Shown: positions 44,168 to 53,249, counted from the first letter of the stretch. The stretch is DNA of 64,000 nt from Actinomycetota bacterium (GCA_040880705.1 JBBDHU010000003.1:215476-279475), one strand, 5' to 3'. The notes: generated by a model not told the origin, from the letters alone. Made by a program: numbers and translations.

Positions 44168-44861
44168 AAAAGACCAAAGGATGAGAGCGCTCGTCGTAGA
44201 CGACGCCCCGGAATTCCACGAGCTGGTGGGCGGCCCCCTCAAGGCGGACGGCTTCGACGTTGAAACGGCGGAGGACGGCGAACGGGCGGTCGAGCTGGCG
44301 AAGGATTTCGAGCCCGAGGTGATAGTGCTCGATGTGGGACTGCCCAAGATCGACGGCGTCGAAGCCTGCCGGCGAATCCGGACCTTCAGTGACGCTTACA
44401 TAGTCATGCTGACCGTTCGCGACGAGGAGGTGGACAAGCTTATCGGGCTCTCCGTCGGGGCCGACGACTACATGACTAAGCCTTTCTCCCCACGAGAGCT
44501 GATCGCACGGATACACGCGATGCTCAGGCGTCCCCAGGCTCAGGCGGGCAGTACCGGCGCAAGGAAGTTCGGAGATCTGACCATCGACCCGGAGGCACGC
44601 GAGTGCTTCGTCGGCAGCAACGCGATTGAGCTGACCCGCATGGAGTTCGACCTGCTCGACACGCTTTCCTCGCGACCGAAGGTCGTCTTCAGCCGCGCCC
44701 TGCTGCTCGAGAAGATCTGGGGAGAGAACTACGTCGGCGACGACCACGTGGTCGACGTGCACATCGCGGAACTTCGCAAGAAGCTGGGCGACGATTACAA
44801 GACGCCCCGATTCATCCGAACGGTACGCGGGGTTGGCTACCGGATGGCAGAGTCGGCCTAG
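44157..44861 (+). CDS. OmpR/PhoB-family response regulator
   Basis: ALVVDDAPEF...VLDVGLPKIDG...MLTVRD receiver. Winged helix LTRMEFDLLDTLSSRP...FIRTVRGVGYRM. 11-nt overlap with the upstream gene. Confidence 0.92.
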   Translation: MGTEKDQRMRALVVDDAPEFHELVGGPLKADGFDVETAEDGERAVELAKDFEPEVIVLDVGLPKIDGVEACRRIRTFSDAYIVMLTVRDEEVDKLIGLSVGADDYMTKPFSPRELIARIHAMLRRPQAQAGSTGARKFGDLTIDPEARECFVGSNAIELTRMEFDLLDTLSSRPKVVFSRALLLEKIWGENYVGDDHVVDVHIAELRKKLGDDYKTPRFIRTVRGVGYRMAESA

Positions 44862-45589
44862 ACGGGATCCTTTCCACCCATTCTCAACCCGGCAACGGCG
44901 TTCGCGACTCGCTCGGATTCGAGCCTGAGAGCATCGAGCCTGCCGGTCGCGCCCTCGGTCGTCCCGGAACGCCCCAGCTCCTCGAGCTCGGCACAGATGT
45001 TCGACAGCTCCTCGGCCGAAAAAACCGAGGCCGCCGACCTGAGCGCATGCGCCGCGTCACGCAACGCCACCGGGTCTTGCCGCTCGATCGCCTCACGGAT
45101 GGCGGATTGCCGTTCGCGCAACCTCGACAAGTAGAGATCGGCAAGGCGCGAGAGCGTAGCTGGATCGATTTCGTCTCGCAACCCATCCAGACCTACTCGC
45201 GATATCCCGGCCGGCACGCCGTAGGGGATGTCCACTTCCGGCAGCCACCGGATGATCACCGTAGCGAGGTCCTCGAGCATCACCGGCTTGGCGAGGAAGC
45301 CATCCATCCCGGCCTCGAGACACTCGATTCGGTCGATCTCGGTGGCGCTGGCCGTCATGGCGAGGATGGGCACGTGCCGGCCGCTCGTTCCTTCGGCCGA
45401 GCGAATCGAGCGGGTCGCCGCCAACCCATCCATCTCAGGCATGTGCAGATCCATGAATATCAGTGCCGGAGAGCCCGCACCGACTGCCTCGACGGCCTCT
45501 CGGCCGTTTTGAGCCGTCTTCGCCACGAGCCCGAACTTCGCCAGCTGACGCACCGCGAGCGTTCTATTCGCCGCGTCGTCGTCCACCAC
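44858..45589 (-). CDS. receiver-Hpt phosphotransfer protein
   Basis: Receiver FMDLHMPEMDG...ILAMTAS...DGFLAKP. C-terminal Hpt helix with AAHALRSAASVFSAEEL (HxxKG-like phospho-His context). The first canonical start (GTG 45589) cuts the beta-1 strand (see findings). Confidence 0.8.
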   Translation of the reverse strand: MVDDDAANRTLAVRQLAKFGLVAKTAQNGREAVEAVGAGSPALIFMDLHMPEMDGLAATRSIRSAEGTSGRHVPILAMTASATEIDRIECLEAGMDGFLAKPVMLEDLATVIIRWLPEVDIPYGVPAGISRVGLDGLRDEIDPATLSRLADLYLSRLRERQSAIREAIERQDPVALRDAAHALRSAASVFSAEELSNICAELEELGRSGTTEGATGRLDALRLESERVANAVAGLRMGGKDPV

Positions 45590-45651
45590 GAGAACGCTGA
45601 TCTGAACACCTCCGATGTCCCCTCCGGATCGCGCCAGAGCATAATCGCCTA

Positions 45652-46749
45652 ATGGAAACGAGGCGAGCGCGCGACCTTGGGATCGAGATCGGCCGGTTTT
45701 CTCCGGGCCCGCTCAATGCGATCACGGACGTTCCGGGAGTTCGCGTGGGACATTCGACCGTGATCCGAGGATCTGGTCCCGGGGCGGTGCGAACCGGCGT
45801 AACGGCGGTTTGGCCGCGCGAACGGCCGTGGCGCGATCGAGTCTTCGCCGGCACGGCCGTGCTGAACGGCTACGGGGAGCTGATCGGCATCAGCCATATC
45901 GACGAGCTGGGATTGCTGCCGACGCCCGTCGTTCTGACTTCCAGCCTCTCGATCGGTCTCGCCTACGACGCGACGGCAAAATGGATACACGAGACCGACC
46001 CGGGCCTCGACGAAGTCCCGATGCCGGTCGTGACCGAATGCGACGACGGCTTCCTGAACGACTCACACTCGTTCCCACTGGCATCGGAGGATGTCTTCCG
46101 CGCCCTCGAGAACAGCCACGACGGCGAGGTCGAGGAGGGATGCGTCGGAGCCGGCACCGGGATGCAATGCTTCGACTTCAAAGGTGGGATCGGGACCGCC
46201 TCCCGGATCCTTCCATCCGATGCCGGCGGATACGTCGTCGGCGCGCTGGTGCTGACGAACTTCGGCTCCAGGCCGGATCTCCTCATCGCCGGCGTCCCGG
46301 TCGGAAGGGAGATCACCGACCTGATGCCGTCAGCGCATTCGGAGGGTTCCGCAATCGCGATCGCCGCGACTAACGCCCCGATGCTGCCCCACCAACTGAA
46401 TCGCCTGGCTCTCCGCGCCGGCTTCGGGCTCGTTCGAAGCGGCTCCATCGCCGAGAACTGGTCCGGCGAGTTGCTGCTGGCATTCTCGACGGCCCAGACC
46501 GTTCCGCTGGAGGTCAAGGCGCCGAGGACGTCTGTCGAAGCCCTTCCGGACGGAGTCGGCAACATGCAGTCGAAGGTTTACAACGCGCTTTTCGGTGCCG
46601 CCGTCGAATCCGTCGAGGAAGCAGTCGCCAACGCGCTACTCCTGTCGGAGACCATGGAGGGCCGCGACGGGAACGTGCTTCACGCTCTCCCCGTGGAGCG
46701 AACCCTCGAGATCCTTCGCCGCCACGGCCGGGCCGGGGCGCCGAGTTAA
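45652..46749 (+). CDS. DmpA/BapA-family (peptidase S58) aminopeptidase
   Basis: ARDLGIEIGRFSPGPLNAITDVPGVRVGH, VLTSS, the self-processing region EGSAIAIAATNAP, and a LAFST motif. Confidence 0.8.
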   Translation: METRRARDLGIEIGRFSPGPLNAITDVPGVRVGHSTVIRGSGPGAVRTGVTAVWPRERPWRDRVFAGTAVLNGYGELIGISHIDELGLLPTPVVLTSSLSIGLAYDATAKWIHETDPGLDEVPMPVVTECDDGFLNDSHSFPLASEDVFRALENSHDGEVEEGCVGAGTGMQCFDFKGGIGTASRILPSDAGGYVVGALVLTNFGSRPDLLIAGVPVGREITDLMPSAHSEGSAIAIAATNAPMLPHQLNRLALRAGFGLVRSGSIAENWSGELLLAFSTAQTVPLEVKAPRTSVEALPDGVGNMQSKVYNALFGAAVESVEEAVANALLLSETMEGRDGNVLHALPVERTLEILRRHGRAGAPS

Positions 46750-47912
46750 GCCGAGCGTTCACCCTTCGACTCGCGTTCGGCTTGCGTGGGGAGCCAGAAC
46801 TCCACCGTCGTCCCCTCCCCGGGATTGCTTTCAACGTTGCACCAGCCGCCGGACAGCTCGGCTCGTTCCCGCATCGCTATGAGTCCGAGGTGTCCGGCCT
46901 TCGACAGCTCGGGACTATCCACAGAGAAACCCTTCCCGTCGTCCGCTATGCGAACGAGGACGCCCGCGCCCTTCGTTTCCAGAAGGACGTTCACACGAGC
47001 CGCCCCAGCGTGCTTGCGAACGTTCGTGATCGCTTCCTGCGCTATGCGGTAGAGGGTGGTCCGCGTATCGCCCTCGGGATCGTCCTCGAGAAAATCGTCG
47101 AGTCCGAACTCGAACCCGGCCTCTTTGGAGGTCTTCTGCAGGTACTCCCGGAGCGCCGCGACGAGCCCATCGGCATCGAGCGCCGGGGGACGAAGCTCGA
47201 AGACCAGATGGCGAAGACGATCGATGGCATGGTTGACCGTGTCGCCCAAACCCCGCAACTCCTCTTTCCGCTCTCCAGAGACGTGGTCGTAGAAGGTCTG
47301 GAGCTGGAGGCCGACGGAGGCCATGACCTGAATCGAGTCGTCGTGGATGTCCGCCGCGATCCGTCGCCGCTCTTGTTCCCGAGTCTCCTCGAGGCGCCCG
47401 AGCAGCATCCGCCGCTCGGCCATCGCGCCCCGGAGCATGTCGAGACTTCGCTTCAGTTTCGCTTCGGCCCTCTTCAGCTCGGTAATGTCCATCATCACGC
47501 CGCGCCAGAACAGGGGACGGTCTTCGTCGTCATACACGATTGTGGCTTCGTCCCTGATCCACACGTCGCGGCCGTCCTTCGCCAGCAGCCGGTATTCGGC
47601 GCGGAACGGCTCACCCGTGGCGTTACTGCGAATGTTCGCGTCCAGGACCCAATCGAGATCATCGGGATGAATCTGCTTTACCCATAGGTCCGGAGCCGCC
47701 AGCCACTCGTCCGTGGTGAAACCGAGAATGTCGATTGACTGAGGGCTCATGTAGAGAGCGGTACTCACATCGTCGACGGCGTCCACATACACGATGGCGG
47801 GGACGCCTTCAATGAGATGGCGAAACCCTCCTTTCTCCTCGAGGAGCCGGCCGGCGGACTCGGGCGAGTGAGGTGATTTCGGCGTCACGGCCCGCCTCCG
47901 ATGGCTCCGCAA
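46746..47912 (-). CDS. soluble PAS-HisKA_3 histidine kinase
   Basis: PAS/PAC (FRHLIEGVPAIVYVD...WIRDEATIVYDD...WRGVMMDITELK). H-box RIAADIHDDSIQ. N/G boxes QEAITNVRKHA and DDGKGFS. Paralog of the 41862..43070 kinase core. The 5' end overlaps the M20 gene stop by 28 nt, so the true start may be internal. Confidence 0.85.
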   Translation of the reverse strand: MRSHRRRAVTPKSPHSPESAGRLLEEKGGFRHLIEGVPAIVYVDAVDDVSTALYMSPQSIDILGFTTDEWLAAPDLWVKQIHPDDLDWVLDANIRSNATGEPFRAEYRLLAKDGRDVWIRDEATIVYDDEDRPLFWRGVMMDITELKRAEAKLKRSLDMLRGAMAERRMLLGRLEETREQERRRIAADIHDDSIQVMASVGLQLQTFYDHVSGERKEELRGLGDTVNHAIDRLRHLVFELRPPALDADGLVAALREYLQKTSKEAGFEFGLDDFLEDDPEGDTRTTLYRIAQEAITNVRKHAGAARVNVLLETKGAGVLVRIADDGKGFSVDSPELSKAGHLGLIAMRERAELSGGWCNVESNPGEGTTVEFWLPTQAERESKGERSA

Positions 47913-49063
47913 CGCTCAATCAGCGAGGCGAGCATGGCGCTTCGCGGAACGAGGCTGTCGAGGTCCATCCATTCGTCGGGACCGTGGTCCCCGCCCCCCA
48001 CCGGACCGAGCCCATCGAGCGTCGGTACGCCGGCGGCAGCGGTCGTATTCGCGTCCGATGCACCTCCGGTCACGGTGTCTCGGACCTCGAAACCAAGCTC
48101 GCCGGCAGTCTGCCGGGCGAGGTCGACGAGCTTCGCCGTCCCCTCGGACTTCTCCATTGGACGGTGCCACCTGCGAACCTCGGCAACGGCGGTGGTTCCT
48201 TCCACGGTCGAAGACTCACAGATGCGGCGAATCTCCGCTTCCGCTTCGGCAAGAGTGGGCTCCTCGGGCGAGCGGACATCCACCTGCATCGTGCAGCCAT
48301 CGGGGACGACGTTCGGCCTGGTGCCTCCGCCTATGACCCCGACGTTCACCGTCACTCCGGGCCATCTCCCGTTCAAATCGTGAACGGCAATCGTTTTGTG
48401 AGCGGCCTCGAGGATCGCGCTTCGGCCGCTTTCCGGCTCGACGCCGGCGTGCGCCGCCTTACCCATGATCTCGATCAAGACGTCGGAGACTCCCTTTCGA
48501 GCGGACACGATGTCGCCGTTCCCGCGGGCGCTCTCCAGGACGAGCGCCACATCGGCCGATGACGCGAGTTCCTTGATTATCGGGCCGGAGAACGGAGATC
48601 CGATCTCCTCGTCGGGGTTGCATACGTATGTAAGGCTTCCGATTTCTGCGCGGGCTTCCCGCAGCGCATCCGCAGCGAAGAAGCCGAACAGCAAGCCGCT
48701 CTTCATATCGGACACTCCAGGACCCTTCGCGCGCGTGCCGTCGATAGTAAAGGGCCGCTCCGAGGCAGTCCCGTCGGGGAACACCGTGTCCATGTGTCCG
48801 ATCATCAGAATCCTGGGGCGGGCGGCTCCGGCGAGACGGCCGACGAGAAGATCGCCGAGGCGGTCCCGGCCGGGGCCGGGCTCGTGCGGGCGGCGTTCCA
48901 CATCCCACCCGCCCGCGGAGAAACGCTCCTCGCACAAATCGGCAACGCGATTGACCCCCGATGGCGAGAAGCTGCCGGAATCCGTGTTCACCATCTCGGA
49001 CAGATCGTCTATGAACTCGTCACGGCGTCGCTCCAAGTGCGCTGCGAGGTCGCGGGGGTCCAT
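47885..49063 (-). CDS. M20-family metallopeptidase (carboxypeptidase G2-like)
   Basis: From the ATG at 49063: MDPRDLAAHLERRRDEFIDDLSEMVNTDSGS, MIGHMDTVFP, NPDEEIGSP, and a C-terminal GGGDHGPDEW. The ORF-track extension to 49573 is antisense to plsC and Arg/Pro-rich. Confidence 0.85.
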   Translation of the reverse strand: MDPRDLAAHLERRRDEFIDDLSEMVNTDSGSFSPSGVNRVADLCEERFSAGGWDVERRPHEPGPGRDRLGDLLVGRLAGAARPRILMIGHMDTVFPDGTASERPFTIDGTRAKGPGVSDMKSGLLFGFFAADALREARAEIGSLTYVCNPDEEIGSPFSGPIIKELASSADVALVLESARGNGDIVSARKGVSDVLIEIMGKAAHAGVEPESGRSAILEAAHKTIAVHDLNGRWPGVTVNVGVIGGGTRPNVVPDGCTMQVDVRSPEEPTLAEAEAEIRRICESSTVEGTTAVAEVRRWHRPMEKSEGTAKLVDLARQTAGELGFEVRDTVTGGASDANTTAAAGVPTLDGLGPVGGGDHGPDEWMDLDSLVPRSAMLASLIERCGAIGGGP

Positions 49064-49099
49064 CCGGCGGCAAGTATATGGGGGCGGTAGCATCCGCGC

Positions 49100-49765
49100 G
49101 TGCATCCGCGAGACAATCAATTGGACTTCTGGTGGAAACTCGCCTTGGCCACGGTCGGGGGGATCATCAACACGGGTTTTCGGCTGCGGCGAATAGATGC
49201 AGAGCGCATCCCGGACTCCGGGGCGATTCTGGCGGCCAACCACATGAGCGTGCTCGATCCGATCGTCATCGCGGTGCTTGCGGCAGAGCGGGGCCGCACA
49301 CTCCGATTCCTGGCCGCCGCCGAGGCGTTCAAGATCCCCGTAGTCGGGTGGGGGCTGCGGCGACTGAGCCAGATACCGATTCGCCGTGGCGAAAGGGATC
49401 AAGGGGCGCTGGATACCGCCGCGGAGGTGATCCGCACCGGCGCGCTCGCCGGCATCTTCCCCGAGGGAAGGGTGAACGACCTGCCGGACCTCTTGGAGGG
49501 AAGGCGCGGTGCGGCGAGACTCGCCCTCGCAAGCGGCGCCCCATTCGTTCCCGTCGGCATTTGGGGTACGCACAGGCGCTGGCCGAAGACCGGGCTCACC
49601 TTCAAACGGCCGCTCAGGCCGGAACTCGCAGTTGCCTTCGGCGATCCGATATACCCATCAGGCGACGCCGCTTCGGCGGACGACCTTCGCAAGATCACGG
49701 AAACGCTGATGGAAGCCATCGAGAAGCAGCGTGAGAGGGCGCGGCAGGCTGCCGGCCCGGATTAG
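49100..49765 (+). CDS. 1-acyl-sn-glycerol-3-phosphate (lysophospholipid) acyltransferase
   Basis: HX4D motif NHMSVLD, FPEGR block, IPVGIWG. GTG start. Confidence 0.85.
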   Translation: MHPRDNQLDFWWKLALATVGGIINTGFRLRRIDAERIPDSGAILAANHMSVLDPIVIAVLAAERGRTLRFLAAAEAFKIPVVGWGLRRLSQIPIRRGERDQGALDTAAEVIRTGALAGIFPEGRVNDLPDLLEGRRGAARLALASGAPFVPVGIWGTHRRWPKTGLTFKRPLRPELAVAFGDPIYPSGDAASADDLRKITETLMEAIEKQRERARQAAGPD

Positions 49766-49770
49766 GCCGT

Positions 49771-50703
49771 CTAGGTGGCTGCGGCGGCCGCGATCGGGTC
49801 TGAGTCGCGCAGCTTGCGAAGCGCCTCGCGCTCAATCAGCCGGACACGCTCGCCCGAAAGCCCAAGGACCTTGCCGGTCTCGCGAAGAGACATCGGCTGG
49901 CCGTTCTCAAGGCCGTAGCGAAGCGCGACCACCTGGCGCTCGCGTTCGTCCAGCACGCGCGAAACCGCGTCGGCGATCTCCTCGCGAAGCAGAGAGTCCT
50001 CGACCTCGTTGAACGGAGACTCGGAGTCGGCTTCCTCGATCAGGTCGCCCAATTCGCTGTCCTCGCCAACGGGCGACTGCAGGGAAAGCGGCTCGCGCCG
50101 TCCCATCTCGGTGAGGTCGTCTATCTCCTCCGTTGTGGCGTCTATGGCTTTCGCCAGCTCCTCGCGAGTGGGCTCGCGGCCCATCATCTGCGCGAACTGG
50201 AACCTGGTGCGGTTCAGCTTGCGAAGCCGGTCGTGGATGTGGACGGGCAGGCGGATCGAACGCGACCTGTCGGCGATCGCTCGAGTGATCCCCTGGCGGA
50301 TCCACCAAGTGGCGTACGTGGAGAACTTGAACCCGCGGCGCCAGTCGAACAGCTCGACGGCTCGCATCAGTCCGATGTTGCCCTCCTGGATGAGATCGAG
50401 CAGCGGCAGTCCCTGGCCCTGGTACTTGCGGGCGACGGAGACCACCAGCCGGAGGTTGGCCATGATGAAGCGCTGCCGTGCGGCCTCGGCCTTCCGAACG
50501 GCCGACTTGGCCTTCATGATCGAGGTGCGAGCGCGAAGGCGGCCCGCCTGGAGCTTCTCCTCCGACTCCTTGCCGGCCTCGATGGTCATGGCGAGCTCGA
50601 CCTCTTCCTCCTTCGTGAGGAGAGGCTCCCTGGCCGCGGCCTCAAGGTAAAGCCGCAGGTCGTCTGCGTCGTCAGTGCCCAGTGGGCGAGCCGGCTCTGC
50701 CAT
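49771..50703 (-). CDS. sigma-70 family RNA polymerase sigma factor (group 1/2, RpoD/SigB-like, 310 aa)
   Basis: Region 1.2 [17 protein letters not shown], region 2 [12 protein letters not shown]...[18 protein letters not shown]...[16 protein letters not shown], region 4.2 [27 protein letters not shown]. Confidence 0.95.
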   Translation of the reverse strand: MAEPARPLGTDDADDLRLYLEAAAREPLLTKEEEVELAMTIEAGKESEEKLQAGRLRARTSIMKAKSAVRKAEAARQRFIMANLRLVVSVARKYQGQGLPLLDLIQEGNIGLMRAVELFDWRRGFKFSTYATWWIRQGITRAIADRSRSIRLPVHIHDRLRKLNRTRFQFAQMMGREPTREELAKAIDATTEEIDDLTEMGRREPLSLQSPVGEDSELGDLIEEADSESPFNEVEDSLLREEIADAVSRVLDERERQVVALRYGLENGQPMSLRETGKVLGLSGERVRLIEREALRKLRDSDPIAAAAAT

Positions 50704-51056
50704 GTTCTCCTTCTTCTCTCCTGCCTTTCGGACCCATTTCGGCCGTGCTTGAAGCCACCCTTAGCTTCGGTACCCAGGCGGCGCACGGCAACGGTAGGCG
50801 CAGCAAAATTGGCCTCAGCGGCCACCTGTACCAATGGTAATTGGGAGGCCCCAATTTGTAAAGACGCGAGTTGTTGAGAAGTGGTTACAACCCCCTCTAC
50901 GAGTTGGGGTATGGTTGGCCGAGTCAGGATCTAGGGGGAAATATGGAGGACGGTTCAGGGAGTGCCGGAGGTGCCACAGAGGCCCTAAGGCCCAGGGGAA
51001 TCGGCGACATCCTGAGCGCGGCTTTCGAGATCTACAAGCGAAACTGACAGGCCCTC

Positions 51057-51758
51057 GTGACGATGGTAGCGATCGTGGCGATCCCGGTTTCGCTGATCCA
51101 GTACTACATCATCAGGGAACTCGTCCTCACCGAGAGAACGATCCTCATCACGGAGGCCGGCGAGGTCCAAGTGACGAGCGGCTTCTACCGGTCCTTGGGG
51201 GCGTCCGCGCTCGCGAACCTATTCGTGCTGATCATGACTTACGTCCTCCTGGCGGCCATCACCAAAGCCGCTGCCGACGACATCGTGGGACGGACTCCGA
51301 GCGTAGGCGAGAGCTACCGATTCGGATTCAACAAGTTCTTCTCGGTGCTTTGGATCTCGATCCTGGCCGGGCTGATCGTGGCTGGAGGCTTGATCCTTCT
51401 GATCATCCCCGGAATCATCTTCGCGGTGAAGCTGACGACTGCGATCCCGTCGCTCGTCGTCGAAAACAAGCGCGGGACCCAGGCGATCGGCCGGTCTTGG
51501 AACCTGACGAAGGGCCACTTCTGGCACGTTCTCGGTGCCGTGGTGGTCTCGGCCATCCTTACCGGTGTGGTTTCGGCAATCATCAGCGGACCGTTCAGCG
51601 GGTGGTTCCTGGGAGGCCTTTTCTCGGGGATCGCGATGTCGATCACGATGCCCTTCTCCTCTTTGGTTCTGGTCCTGTTGTACACGGACCTTCGCGTTCG
51701 TAAGGAGAACCTGGACGTCCCGACGCTCAGGGCAGAGCTCGAGAGGCAGTCCGCTTAG
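51057..51758 (+). CDS. polytopic membrane protein (DUF975/GDPD-membrane-domain-like). The reading frame continues upstream through an in-frame TGA to an ATG at 50943.
   Basis: GTG-started 233-aa ORF with 5-6 TM. An upstream 34 codons (ATG 50943, RBS AGGGGGA) encode the expected N-terminus IGDILSAAFEIYKRN, followed by TGA at 51045. Confidence 0.6.
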   Translation: MTMVAIVAIPVSLIQYYIIRELVLTERTILITEAGEVQVTSGFYRSLGASALANLFVLIMTYVLLAAITKAAADDIVGRTPSVGESYRFGFNKFFSVLWISILAGLIVAGGLILLIIPGIIFAVKLTTAIPSLVVENKRGTQAIGRSWNLTKGHFWHVLGAVVVSAILTGVVSAIISGPFSGWFLGGLFSGIAMSITMPFSSLVLVLLYTDLRVRKENLDVPTLRAELERQSA

Positions 51759-51771
51759 AGGCCTTCTTCGC

Positions 51772-51789
51772 GTGCGGCCAAAGCCGCAC
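51772..51789. terminator. GC hairpin in a convergent intergenic region
   Basis: GTGCGGC-CAAA-GCCGCAC (7-bp stem), 14 nt after the membrane-protein stop and 48 nt after the MpaB stop. No U tract. Confidence 0.4.
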
Positions 51790-51837
51790 ACGTCTGGGGA
51801 CGAGCGGTAGCAAGAAGCGAAGAACCGCGGAGGACAA

Positions 51838-52584
51838 CTACGCCCTTGCCCGCCGGGCAGTTGATTGACGGAGCCCGAATCCCTCACGAATGTGCCCCGG
51901 CAACATCTCGATCGTCAGCGCACGCATCCAGGCCGAGACGGGCCTCAGAATGAACGGGACATCCGGTGAGACGATGCCGTCGCGCAGCGCAAGGGCGTCG
52001 TCGCTCACCTCCAACGTCGGGATCGTCGCCTCCATGTATGAATGGAAGTCCTCGAGCGTCTCAGGCAGAACTTCGTCCGGGACGCGCAGAACCGTCGCCT
52101 GGCGCTTCATCTCCTGGTAGTAGCGCTCTTTCTCGACGGCGCGAAGCAGCCCGACCAACCGTTCGTAAGTGACGAGCGCGGAATCGACCAGCGTCGCGTG
52201 AACCCATAGAAGCAGCTCGGGGTCGAGGGCATCGTATTCGACACCCTCGCCGGAGGTTCCCCGAACTCCTTCGTGAACGTGCGTCACCCGATCGGCGGCC
52301 TCTTTCCACTGGTTCGAGTCCCCGAACGAGATCGTCAGCATCGCGTCGAGCGTTCGCCATAGCCGTTCGAAGGAATCACGCGGGAACTGGCTGTGCTGGG
52401 CTACACCGGCGGCGACCAGGGGGTGTGCGACCTGCATGAGCAGCGCGCGCCCCCCGCCGACGATCATCGCGGCCTCGCCGTTCACTTTCCACGCGACGGA
52501 GTCCGGCCCGAACAATCCCGGGTCGCCCGGTGCGCCCGATCGTGCCCGGGGAAAGTCGCGCAGCACGCCGGAGATGGAACTCAA
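51838..52584 (-). CDS. MpaB/DUF2236-family oxygenase
   Basis: 248 aa. GPDSVAWKVNGEAAMIVGGGRALLMQVAHPLVAAGV is characteristic of the ER-bound-oxygenase MpaB / rubber-oxygenase fold family. Confidence 0.75.
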   Translation of the reverse strand: MSSISGVLRDFPRARSGAPGDPGLFGPDSVAWKVNGEAAMIVGGGRALLMQVAHPLVAAGVAQHSQFPRDSFERLWRTLDAMLTISFGDSNQWKEAADRVTHVHEGVRGTSGEGVEYDALDPELLLWVHATLVDSALVTYERLVGLLRAVEKERYYQEMKRQATVLRVPDEVLPETLEDFHSYMEATIPTLEVSDDALALRDGIVSPDVPFILRPVSAWMRALTIEMLPGHIREGFGLRQSTARRARA

Positions 52585-53249
52585 TCCTCGAACACGCCGT
52601 TTCTTACACCAAAGGTCACGGCCTCGAGTTTGGAATGGACGCTCAACTTAGCAAGCATGTTTGCGACGTGCGTCTGCACGGTCCTCGGGCTGATGTGCAG
52701 TCGGTTCGCGATCTCCTCGTTACGGACGAAGTCGGGAAGGAGCCCGAGGATCTCGCGCTCCCGCTTGGTGAGGCTCTCCAGGCGCTCGCGGGCGTCTTTA
52801 GCCTCCTCACGCTCCCGAGCCACTTGCCGGAGCACCCTTGCCAGGGTGGCGGGATCAACGAGCACCTCTCCTCTCGCTGCGTCCTTCACCGCCCGCAGCA
52901 CGCTGTCGATGACCTCCGACTTCGAGAGAAACCCGGAGGCCCCCGCTTCGATCGCCTCGACGAGCAGCCGCTGATCCTCTTGTCCGGTGACGATCACAAC
53001 CTTGGTGTGCGGGGACACCTCCTTGATCCGGCGGGTGGCGTCGATTCCGGCGAGTCGCCCGTCGAACGCGACGTCCATGAGGACGACGTCTGGCGCATCG
53101 TTCCGGCAAATCTCCACGGCGTCCTCGGGATCCGAGACCGGCCCGGCGGGCATGGACAATTGGCCGTCGCGGTCGACGACCATCGCGAGTGCGTCTGTCA
53201 GCAGCTTGTGGTCGTCACATATGAGAAGCGTCACCTGGTCACCGTTCAC
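52581..53249 (-). CDS. NarL/FixJ-family response regulator
   Basis: LLICDDHKLL, VLMDVAFDG, VVIVTGQED. HTH LTKREREILGLL...NEEIANRLHISPRTVQTHVANMLAKL. 4-nt overlaps on both sides. Confidence 0.92.
   Translation of the reverse strand: MNGDQVTLLICDDHKLLTDALAMVVDRDGQLSMPAGPVSDPEDAVEICRNDAPDVVLMDVAFDGRLAGIDATRRIKEVSPHTKVVIVTGQEDQRLLVEAIEAGASGFLSKSEVIDSVLRAVKDAARGEVLVDPATLARVLRQVAREREEAKDARERLESLTKREREILGLLPDFVRNEEIANRLHISPRTVQTHVANMLAKLSVHSKLEAVTFGVRNGVFED

Noticed and set aside
49064-49573. N-terminal 170-aa extension of the M20 peptidase ORF (47885..49573)
   Set aside because: The extension is antisense to the well-supported plsC gene and has a GC-artefact composition. The peptidase homology starts at MDPRDLAAHLERR (ATG 49063).
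51045-51100. Selenocysteine decoding of the in-frame TGA at 51045
   Set aside because: No convincing SECIS-like hairpin in the 40-50 nt downstream; only 4-5-bp stems such as ATCG-TGG-CGAT. A Sec at the cytoplasmic edge of TM1 of a non-redox membrane protein is implausible. Kept only as a minor alternative in the finding.
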